Translations under genes and position numbers: made by a program
IMG/VR virus record: IMGVR_UViG_3300021511_000003
Location: 1-64,000 of that record
DNA: 64,000 nt
Strand: one strand, 5' to 3'
The notes under the pieces: generated by a model
Database searches by the model: none
The model's input: the letters and a program-made list of their open reading frames with translations, nothing else
What the model was told of the DNA's origin: nothing
Shown: positions 56,953 through 64,000 of the stretch, one piece after another
How the letters are laid out: every line of letters starts with the position of its first letter
Numbering within the stretch: position 1 is the first letter of the stretch

Positions 56953-58688
56953 TCATTTATTTTTTTACTATATGTTATCGGAGTATGATTTCTTGTTGCT
57001 TCATCTAATAAACATATTTTTAGTTGAGCAGGATTCATTTCCCCAAGACCTTTATATCTTTGAATATTTCTTCCTTTGTTTCTTGCAGCTTGTAACATTT
57101 TATCATTCCATAAAGGAATGAATACGTTTTTCTCTTTAATTGCAAAGAGTGGAGTTTGAGCAATAAAATATTTCCCTGACCTTATCATTTCAGGTAACAA
57201 GACAGCAATAACCATTGTAACAAGACATGCAATATGATTTCCATCATGATCAGCATCTGTTGCACATACTATTTTGTCATATCTCAATTTTGATATATCA
57301 AATTGAGGATCAATACCTGTACCAATGGCTCTGACTAATTCTCCTACTTCTTTATTATCAAGAATACCTTTCTTTGTTGTAACATTTGGAATTGATTTTC
57401 CTCTTAATGGTAAAACTGCATGTATTCTTGGATCTCGTGATTGTATAATAGAACCACCTGCTGAATCACCTTCCACAATATATAATTCACCTTTTCTACT
57501 GGTACAATCTCTTAATTTGGTGAATGTTGTAGATGCTCTTCTTCCACCAGTTCTATTTGTTTTCATTTTATTTGCATCTAATTTTTTTCTATATTCCTGA
57601 AATCTTTCCAAATATTCAACGAGTATTTGTTCTTGGTTTCTTGCAAAAGTTTCTAATTGTTTTCGAAATTCAGCTTCGAATCTTTTAAAATCTGATTTTG
57701 GATTAATCAATCTATCTTTTGTCTGACCTGCAAATTTTGGTTCAATCATACTTAATACAAGATAAATTCTTAATCGAAAGAATATATCATTTGGTTGAAA
57801 TTTAAATCCATATTTTTTTGCTTTTAACATAAAAAAGTCTCGTAACATATCACAAAACCAACCTACATGATTTCCTCCATTATCAACTGGTAATAGATTT
57901 ACCGAAGAAAGTGCTTTATAACCAACTGCACCAGTAGGTTCATATGTAAACAACACTTCAAATTTTTCTGGTTTCTTTTCTGAAATTAATCTTATTATAT
58001 TAATATTTTCTATTGGACTATTAATAGTTGATTGTGTAAAATGAGTTTTTACATCTAATTTGAATACTTCTTTTACTCCATCAATAATTAAGACAAAACT
58101 TAAATCTTCCGGTAACTCTGCTGATGCGGTTGTTAGTCTTCTTCTTAACCTTTTTAAATCTGGTTTCAAAGTTTCAAAATATTTCTTATTCGGTTTGAAT
58201 TCGATTTTAGTTGAGAATGGGTGGTCTCCATTGGGTTTATCAATCTTTTTTGATTTCAATTTACCATCTTTAAAAGTAAATAATGCATGTTTCGTGTTTC
58301 TAAATATTTCAACAGAATAAACACTACTGAGTGCATTAATGGCAATTAAACCCACACCATGCAATCCTGAACTAATCTCATATGCTGTTTTTTTATCTTG
58401 AAATTTTGCACCTGAAAATAATTTTGATGATATGATAATAGGTGTATCATCTTCAAGAGGTATTCCTCTTCCATTATCAAGAACAGAAAAATTATTTAAT
58501 TTTGTATCAATAATAACAGCAACAATTGTGGCATGCCCAGCAAGAGCCTCATCGAGTGCATTATCTAAAGCTTCTTCAATAAGATGAACAGGATTTGATG
58601 TCTCACCTATATACATTCCAGGATTTAATCTAACATGCTCAATTTCTTCTAAAACCCTGATATCTTTTGATGTGTAATTAAGAGACAT
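56898..58688 (-). CDS. gyrB: Type IIA topoisomerase subunit B (GyrB/ParE-like)
   Basis: EHVRLNPGMYIG, EALDNALDE, DNGRGIP, SGLHGVG, VEGDSAGG, PLRGK, TDADHDG, RYKGLGEM. Confidence 0.95.
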   Translation of the reverse strand: MSLNYTSKDIRVLEEIEHVRLNPGMYIGETSNPVHLIEEALDNALDEALAGHATIVAVIIDTKLNNFSVLDNGRGIPLEDDTPIIISSKLFSGAKFQDKKTAYEISSGLHGVGLIAINALSSVYSVEIFRNTKHALFTFKDGKLKSKKIDKPNGDHPFSTKIEFKPNKKYFETLKPDLKRLRRRLTTASAELPEDLSFVLIIDGVKEVFKLDVKTHFTQSTINSPIENINIIRLISEKKPEKFEVLFTYEPTGAVGYKALSSVNLLPVDNGGNHVGWFCDMLRDFFMLKAKKYGFKFQPNDIFFRLRIYLVLSMIEPKFAGQTKDRLINPKSDFKRFEAEFRKQLETFARNQEQILVEYLERFQEYRKKLDANKMKTNRTGGRRASTTFTKLRDCTSRKGELYIVEGDSAGGSIIQSRDPRIHAVLPLRGKSIPNVTTKKGILDNKEVGELVRAIGTGIDPQFDISKLRYDKIVCATDADHDGNHIACLVTMVIAVLLPEMIRSGKYFIAQTPLFAIKEKNVFIPLWNDKMLQAARNKGRNIQRYKGLGEMNPAQLKICLLDEATRNHTPITYSKKINDLIKLFSSAQEKRKLVVN

Positions 58689-58836
58689 TATTTTTTTCCT
58701 TTTTTCGTGGTTTAATACATTTTTTAATAATTTTAGGGTTTCTCATTGGATTATCATCTCCAAATATTAATTTATTATTTGTATTGCCTAACATAGAAGG
58801 TCTTGGTTTACCTGTTAATGATTTACTTATTTTTCT
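58678..58836 (-). pseudogene. NUMOD3-like homing endonuclease remnant upstream of gyrB
   Basis: Manual translation RKISKSLTGKPRPSMLG...GDDNPMRNPKIIKKC; no start or nuclease domain. Confidence 0.4.
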
Positions 58837-58840
58837 TTAA

Positions 58841-58886
58841 AAAACACCAATGAATAAATATTCTAATATTTATTCATTGGCGTTTT
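58841..58886 (-). terminator. Long AT-rich hairpin terminator
   Basis: AAAACACCAATGAATAAATA / TATTTATTCATTGGCGTTTT, 20 bp with one mismatch; T6 follows on the minus strand. Confidence 0.7.
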
Positions 58887-58888
58887 AA

Positions 58889-59050
58889 TTAATCCTCCGT
58901 TATATATAATGGAAATATTAATACTATACCATTAAACATTCCCATAATTGAAAATAATAACATCCCATCGCTTCCCTTATTAATAGCAGAAATGAATTTG
59001 CTTAATATATAAGTATAATAAAACATTGATAATATTAAATGATGTTTCAT
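58889..59050 (-). CDS. 53-aa membrane protein (not in ORF track)
   Basis: Manual translation MKHHLILSMFYY...LLFSIMGMFNGIVLIFPLYITED; ATGA overlap with the vWA gene. Confidence 0.55.
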   Translation of the reverse strand: MKHHLILSMFYYTYILSKFISAINKGSDGMLLFSIMGMFNGIVLIFPLYITED

Positions 59051-60306
59051 ATTTGTACCACATACCCTGTTCGATTAACATTTTTTGCTGTACCATTTTT
59101 GTTAATCACCCAAATAATTTTCTTTGGTAGTCGTTTTCTTGAAATAGAGTTTATATCTTCAACATAGCCATCCGTAAAAACTAAACAAACATCAACATTC
59201 AATTGTTTTAATCTTTCAAGACCAGGTAGTAATTTTGTTCCACCACGACCTTTTACATTAAATTGAATATCTCTAACCCTTTTTACTCTATATTCTTTTT
59301 CAATAATAGTATCAACTTCGAGTACAGTTGTATAACAATAACGATCTTTTTCAATTATACTCTTGATGCCTGATAAACCCTCCTTAATTTCATCTATAGA
59401 CATACTAGCGGAAACATCAAGAAGAACACCAATATCGAATGTTGTATCTCTTATTTTGCCTGGAAAAGGCGATATTTGTGGGATACATTTATCATCCTTT
59501 AATGTAAAAACATATGTACGTTTACGGTTTATCTTTGTAGGACTTCTTCGAAATTTACTGAATCTCGACCCCCGTACTAACTTTCTGATAATTTGATAGT
59601 ATGGTGCTTTTGGTGGGGCAAGAGCTCCTTCAATTAAAGTCGAAATATGACCTGGTATTGTTCCACGATGTTTATTAAAACTTTTAACTGACTCTTTAAT
59701 AATACCTTGAACATGATGATCTATTTTTCTTGATAATGAACTTAAATCAGCTACTCCATCAACTCCGTTATTCCATTGTTCATGCCCATTAAATGCTTTA
59801 TTCGATGGGAATTTAATTGTCTTTGCATTCTTTAATAATTTATAAAAATAATATTCGGTTAATTTACCTTCTTGTAACTTAAAGTTTTCTGGAAGACATG
59901 GTTTCCAAGATTCACCATTTACTATAAGAGGAGTCCTAATATTTGCTTGAACATTAACACAACAGTCTGCTGCAATATTCCATATATTAAACTTATCTTT
60001 CTTTTTTTCCTCAGATGTTTCATTTGCTAAAATTCTGATATATCGTGATACATGTTTATTTAAAACATGCATACCTTCATGTTCAATTATTCTCAATATT
60101 TCCTTATCAGTAGTTCCAGCTAACAACTCTGGTTCATAATAAAGAGATAAGGTCCCATCTTTCTCAGAAGCTATTCCCATTACCGATTGAAGTTTTGCAA
60201 ATGTAATAGGTTTTCTTCGAATCCTTGAGAACAAGTAACCCCAATAATTATATTTCAATACAAATCTTGCAATTAATTCTTTGAGTCGTTCTCCTTGATT
60301 TTTCAT
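59047..60306 (-). CDS. Metallopeptidase-like plus vWA domain protein (DUF2201 type)
   Basis: IEHEGMH (HExxH), WNIAADC, LLDVSASM (MIDAS), GRGGT, FTDGY. Confidence 0.85.
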   Translation of the reverse strand: MKNQGERLKELIARFVLKYNYWGYLFSRIRRKPITFAKLQSVMGIASEKDGTLSLYYEPELLAGTTDKEILRIIEHEGMHVLNKHVSRYIRILANETSEEKKKDKFNIWNIAADCCVNVQANIRTPLIVNGESWKPCLPENFKLQEGKLTEYYFYKLLKNAKTIKFPSNKAFNGHEQWNNGVDGVADLSSLSRKIDHHVQGIIKESVKSFNKHRGTIPGHISTLIEGALAPPKAPYYQIIRKLVRGSRFSKFRRSPTKINRKRTYVFTLKDDKCIPQISPFPGKIRDTTFDIGVLLDVSASMSIDEIKEGLSGIKSIIEKDRYCYTTVLEVDTIIEKEYRVKRVRDIQFNVKGRGGTKLLPGLERLKQLNVDVCLVFTDGYVEDINSISRKRLPKKIIWVINKNGTAKNVNRTGYVVQI

Positions 60307-61550
60307 TAAAAATTTCCTTCACCAGCTTTTACAATCGGATCGTAAAAATTTTCTTTGTATGAAGATGAGCTTTTTAAAAGAGATAAATGAATCTTTGTCA
60401 TGTATTTAAATGATTTACTATTTCGTTCAAATGAATCAACCTGTGATATAAATAATGCCGCTGTATCAATGGGCATCATTAATAGAAAATCAAGTACATT
60501 ATTCAACTGCGAAAGATTATATTTAGGCATTGAAGTTGTCATAAATGTACAAAACCCGACCATCAATTCACCCAATTTCGCATTATCATTTTCTTTCAAT
60601 AGTTTTTGGATCTGAGGTTTTATATGACTAAAATCATAGAATACATCCTTTGGATTGATATCTTTCTTATCTCGAGCAAATTCAATAAACATTCGTGTCA
60701 TGTTTGTATTAAGAAGACCAGCTGCTTTATGTTCTATTTCATCAAAATCAATTTTACCTCTACCAATTTCCATTTTCCATAAATGATCTGATAGTTTTTC
60801 ATAACTTGCTGGATTTGCATACACAGATCCAATTTTTTGTGCTTGAAAATCATATAGATATTCTGGATGAGTTTGAATAAACTCAATTACATATGGATGA
60901 AAATTACATTCAATTGCATATTTTAAGAAATCTGTTGCAAGCACTTCTGTATAAATATGCAATTGTCTTCTAAGTCCAGCTGCATCTTCAAGATTATCCA
61001 TTGAATATTCCGAGTCATCCGGATTATCAATTGATACAACAAACCAACCTTTTGGAAACTGATGTCTGTGAACAGAGTATTCATTTTGAATTTGCCATAG
61101 TAGTTGCTGTAATTGATGGTCACCACGTGAAAATTCATCAATAACAAACAAACCATAAGAGTTTTTCTCTTTCGGTACAAAATCTGAATACAACATCCTA
61201 AATGATGGATCTCCAATTTCTGCAGCAACCGGGAATGGAATAATAAAGTCATCTCTTGATAGAACAGGAGATTTAACCATAAGACATTGAAACTTCATAT
61301 CTTTTTGATCGGCAAATAAATCTTGTGTTAATTCATTTGCAATTTGATAACATATTTGTGTTTTACCGACGCCCGCTGGTCCAATAATATGATAACATTG
61401 TTTGTCAACATTACGACCTTTTTGCCAAGTACTGATCGTATCTTTGATATCATTTTTCAGTAATGTCTTAATCTTCGCAATTGAGAGGACTGAAATATTC
61501 AGTCTCTCGTAATATTTCAATTCTTCTTCTTTAGTATTTTCGTCAGGCAT
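60306..61550 (-). CDS. MoxR-like AAA+ ATPase
   Basis: GPAGVGKT, FVIDEFSR, DN, LRRQ; adjacent to the vWA gene. Confidence 0.85.
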   Translation of the reverse strand: MPDENTKEEELKYYERLNISVLSIAKIKTLLKNDIKDTISTWQKGRNVDKQCYHIIGPAGVGKTQICYQIANELTQDLFADQKDMKFQCLMVKSPVLSRDDFIIPFPVAAEIGDPSFRMLYSDFVPKEKNSYGLFVIDEFSRGDHQLQQLLWQIQNEYSVHRHQFPKGWFVVSIDNPDDSEYSMDNLEDAAGLRRQLHIYTEVLATDFLKYAIECNFHPYVIEFIQTHPEYLYDFQAQKIGSVYANPASYEKLSDHLWKMEIGRGKIDFDEIEHKAAGLLNTNMTRMFIEFARDKKDINPKDVFYDFSHIKPQIQKLLKENDNAKLGELMVGFCTFMTTSMPKYNLSQLNNVLDFLLMMPIDTAALFISQVDSFERNSKSFKYMTKIHLSLLKSSSSYKENFYDPIVKAGEGNF

Positions 61551-61574
61551 TATTAACTCCTTTTATTATTTTAA

Positions 61575-62531
61575 CTAAAATTGTATATCATCAAAACTAA
61601 ATGTTTTTTCATCTTCCGGTGTTACTTCCTGTTGTTTCGCAGGAGTTTCTGGTAAGGGTGTTTCTGTTTCTGGTGAGGGTGTTTCTGTTGTTAATATACC
61701 ATCTGTTTTTGCTCCATACCCAGTGGTTTGTGCTTGTTTGCTTTTTGACCAATCGAATTTTTCATTAAACTTCCCAACTGTATCTTTAGATAATTTTAAT
61801 ATTTTCAATACAGCATCCTTTGGTAATTCGGCACCCTTTTTCATTGCAAAGATATTTACCTCATTATTATATGACGAAGTTGCTGTAGTTCTCGTAATAT
61901 TTGTCACATATCTTTTTTGATTCACAACTGATTTCTCGAACATTTTACTTTGTTCAGTAACCGGTTCAAAGATGGGGGGCAAATCTTCATTATACAGATT
62001 ATTAAGATATTCGGAAATATTTGAATATTTCATCCCTTTCCCTCTGATAAATATAAAAATTGGTTTCTTATCATCAGTCAAAATGGGACTGCCGTTTTTA
62101 TTACAATAAATACCTGCAACTAACAACTGTGATCGACATGCATTACAAAAATCAACCGTGGCTCTTTCCGCTGAGGTCATTGGGCATGTTCTTATTTCAC
62201 CATTTGCCAATTTACTTGAGCCTTTCCATGGCGGAGTTCCTTCTTTGAAAGAAAAACATATAATTGTATCACGTCCACGTTCATTTTCAATTTTCGCCAA
62301 AATCTCTTTGGTGTGCGTAATAATCATATTTACTTCACTCAAATTATATTCAACACCTCTTATCTGAAAGTGCTCAATCTTTTCTTCAATATTCAAATGG
62401 TTTTTTCTTGTTTTACCGGAAATATAAACACTGTGAAAAAACTCATCCTCTGGAGCAATTTTTTCGCCACTACCACCTTGAAAACCAGTTCCCTGTAGAT
62501 CTTGATATTCCTCAAAACTCATAATGTACAT
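61575..62531 (-). CDS. Putative single-stranded DNA-binding protein
   Basis: Pro/Thr/Glu linker and acidic-aromatic tail FSFDDIQF; beta-rich core. Confidence 0.5.
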   Translation of the reverse strand: MYIMSFEEYQDLQGTGFQGGSGEKIAPEDEFFHSVYISGKTRKNHLNIEEKIEHFQIRGVEYNLSEVNMIITHTKEILAKIENERGRDTIICFSFKEGTPPWKGSSKLANGEIRTCPMTSAERATVDFCNACRSQLLVAGIYCNKNGSPILTDDKKPIFIFIRGKGMKYSNISEYLNNLYNEDLPPIFEPVTEQSKMFEKSVVNQKRYVTNITRTTATSSYNNEVNIFAMKKGAELPKDAVLKILKLSKDTVGKFNEKFDWSKSKQAQTTGYGAKTDGILTTETPSPETETPLPETPAKQQEVTPEDEKTFSFDDIQF

Positions 62532-62543
62532 CCTCCTTTAAAG

Positions 62544-63119
62544 TTACTTATTTGGTATCAAACACCAATTTTGGCCATTTCTGTCATCTGGTATTGTAAC
62601 AAGAGAAAACTCGTTGTTAAACCAGCATCTTATATATTGATCTAATAAATCACTTGAAATAAAATCACATAATTTATCATATTCAGGTAACGCAACTAAA
62701 TTTGAATCTTCAATTGTAATTGGGGTGATTTTTCTTACCTTTGAATCTGTTATATCACCTGTGATTAATTTAGGGTGTGGGCAATAAACTATTACTAATC
62801 TTTTTCCCACCATTCTAAAGATTTCATTTTTATACAAGTACGTATTTGTATCTAAATCATATGCAACATTCCTGGCGGTTAATACTCGATCAATTGATGT
62901 ATGTTGTCTGCATAAAATACCATCTTTAGCTTTCATTTTACAAACTTCACAATTTGAATGATCAACCGTATATTTAACTCTTAGTTCAAAATTATCGTTT
63001 GCAGCTTTAGAAAAATATGATATTATCCGCCGTTTATTTAATAAAAATTTTACAATAGTTATTGGGTATACATCTGCACCCATTTTTTCAATGAACTTTT
63101 CAACTGAAACTTGTTTCAT
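62544..63119 (-). CDS. Hypothetical protein with possible zinc finger
   Basis: CEVC...LCRQH. Confidence 0.65.
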   Translation of the reverse strand: MKQVSVEKFIEKMGADVYPITIVKFLLNKRRIISYFSKAANDNFELRVKYTVDHSNCEVCKMKAKDGILCRQHTSIDRVLTARNVAYDLDTNTYLYKNEIFRMVGKRLVIVYCPHPKLITGDITDSKVRKITPITIEDSNLVALPEYDKLCDFISSDLLDQYIRCWFNNEFSLVTIPDDRNGQNWCLIPNK

Positions 63120-63316
63120 TTATTAACTCCTTTGCTTTTTTTCTTTAATTTTTTCAGAACAAAAAACCAGCTATTTTGGCATATCTCCCACTTAGTAAAA
63201 TTTAATATAACTTTATTACCTAAATTAAAAGGATATAAAAGCTATATCAAACCACTAAGTGGAGAGACGATGCTAGTATTCGCATTGAAAAGTTCATATA
63301 TATCAGTAGATAATGT

Positions 63317-63478
63317 TTAATTACTATTATCCTTAGATATATACCGATTTCTGATATTATCAGAAACATTTATTTTACATATATCTGCGACCTTGATTAA
63401 CATCTCAGGAGTCGTATTTCTTAAAAATTCCTCTATACGTCTTCGCAGTTTTCGAAGCTGGTTATCAATCTGTTTCAT
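63317..63478 (-). CDS. 53-aa hypothetical protein (not in ORF track)
   Basis: Manual translation MKQIDNQLRKLRRRIEEFLRN...; AGGGG RBS. Confidence 0.55.
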   Translation of the reverse strand: MKQIDNQLRKLRRRIEEFLRNTTPEMLIKVADICKINVSDNIRNRYISKDNSN

Positions 63479-63487
63479 TTATTCCCC

Positions 63488-64000
63488 TTAAAGTACGAGT
63501 GACAAATATACAGGTTTATTTTTTTGGTAAATTATATCACCACCACCAGATGATGTTTGGATCAATGTTGTTTGAAGTGAGCCAATTTGATCTATAGTTT
63601 TACTGGATTTAATTTTAATATTTTCCATAAGAGGTAATATTTCCTCTCTAAGATGTTGAGAGAATTTTTCTAAAATATATTTAACATCAGATGGTGTTGC
63701 ATCGTTTGGAAATTCTGGCAATAATAATACTTTATTATTCAATTTACCCAATAGTTTTAACCTAACCATTTCTGCTCCATAACATCCACGGATTAAAAGT
63801 TTCCAGTATTCTTCCCAATGCTCACTTGATGGCATGATTTCGATACCAACTGGAACACCTGAAAACATAATGATGGCACCAATTTGATTTTCAACTGGTT
63901 CAAACTCTGCCGCAAAAATTTCGAGTTCTTCTTTAATAGTCGGATTATCATAAAAATATCTCAAATGCGCTGAACCAATATTAACACTTGGAATTCCCCT
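63488..64000 (-). CDS. 3' part of an ARPP-1/DUF6569-like protein (continues beyond the window)
   Basis: FEPVENQIGAIIMFSGVPVGIEIMPS...YW; frame open to 64000. Confidence 0.5.
   Translation of the reverse strand, partial: RGIPSVNIGSAHLRYFYDNPTIKEELEIFAAEFEPVENQIGAIIMFSGVPVGIEIMPSSEHWEEYWKLLIRGCYGAEMVRLKLLGKLNNKVLLLPEFPNDATPSDVKYILEKFSQHLREEILPLMENIKIKSSKTIDQIGSLQTTLIQTSSGGGDIIYQKNKPVYLSLVL

Noticed and set aside
22432-58688. Inteins or group I introns in terminase, RNAP, helicase or topoisomerase
   Set aside because: The proteins are of normal or compact length with contiguous motifs; no C...HN-C/S/T intein ends were seen.
3166-62498. Numerous 60-220 aa ORFs antisense to or nested in long genes (e.g. 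18533-19195, 3166-3495, 29792-30148)
   Set aside because: These are shadow frames of well-supported genes with no RBS or recognisable motifs.
63155-63168. Motif B-like CAGAACAAAAAACC on the plus strand
   Set aside because: It faces no credible plus-strand gene, lacks the ATA end and has no motif A partner; probably chance.
1-64000. Alternative genetic code (stop-codon reassignment, seen in some large phages)
   Set aside because: Long conserved genes (rpoB, rpoC, terL, sheath) are intact in code 11, and TAA, TAG and TGA all terminate genes at coupled junctions.
1-64000. CRISPR array, tRNA or rRNA genes
   Set aside because: No repeat-spacer periodicity or cloverleaf/T-loop motif was found by eye in the few intergenic gaps; tRNAscan-SE would be needed to exclude them fully.

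Overview
AT-rich segment of a large (probably jumbo) contractile-tailed dsDNA phage genome. The genetic code is standard, and I saw no tRNA, CRISPR array or integrase. From ~0.7 to 26.5 kb is a T4-like tail and packaging module: sheath, tube, gp26/gp51/gp25/gp6-like baseplate genes, tape measure, large terminase and a hub protein. It is interrupted by a leftward accessory block (CreA, radical SAM, TNSSS-motif protein). From ~26.6 to 64 kb all genes are on the minus strand. They include a minimal family-B-like DNA polymerase domain, FolE2 and QueD, unsplit multisubunit RNA polymerase beta and beta-prime subunits, SbcCD, an SF2 helicase, two type IIA topoisomerase subunits, a MoxR-type AAA ATPase/vWA pair and an SSB-like protein. 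The most striking element, at 38.8-46.0 kb, is an apparently complete phage-encoded ubiquitin-like conjugation cassette. It comprises an E2-like protein with a very long extension, a JAB protease with Zn ribbons, a ThiF/E1, and a Ubl fused to a HeH/Rho-N-like domain. A second divergent E1-like/E2-like pair runs by overlapping start/stop codons into rpoC. Other leads are three proteins sharing an N-terminal MKIKxDFxTNSSS motif (two abut radical SAM genes), a candidate programmed frameshift in the baseplate hub gene, two recurrent promoter-like motifs arranged back-to-back, and a GC-rich structured intergenic RNA candidate. All family calls come from motif recognition by eye; no database searches were run.
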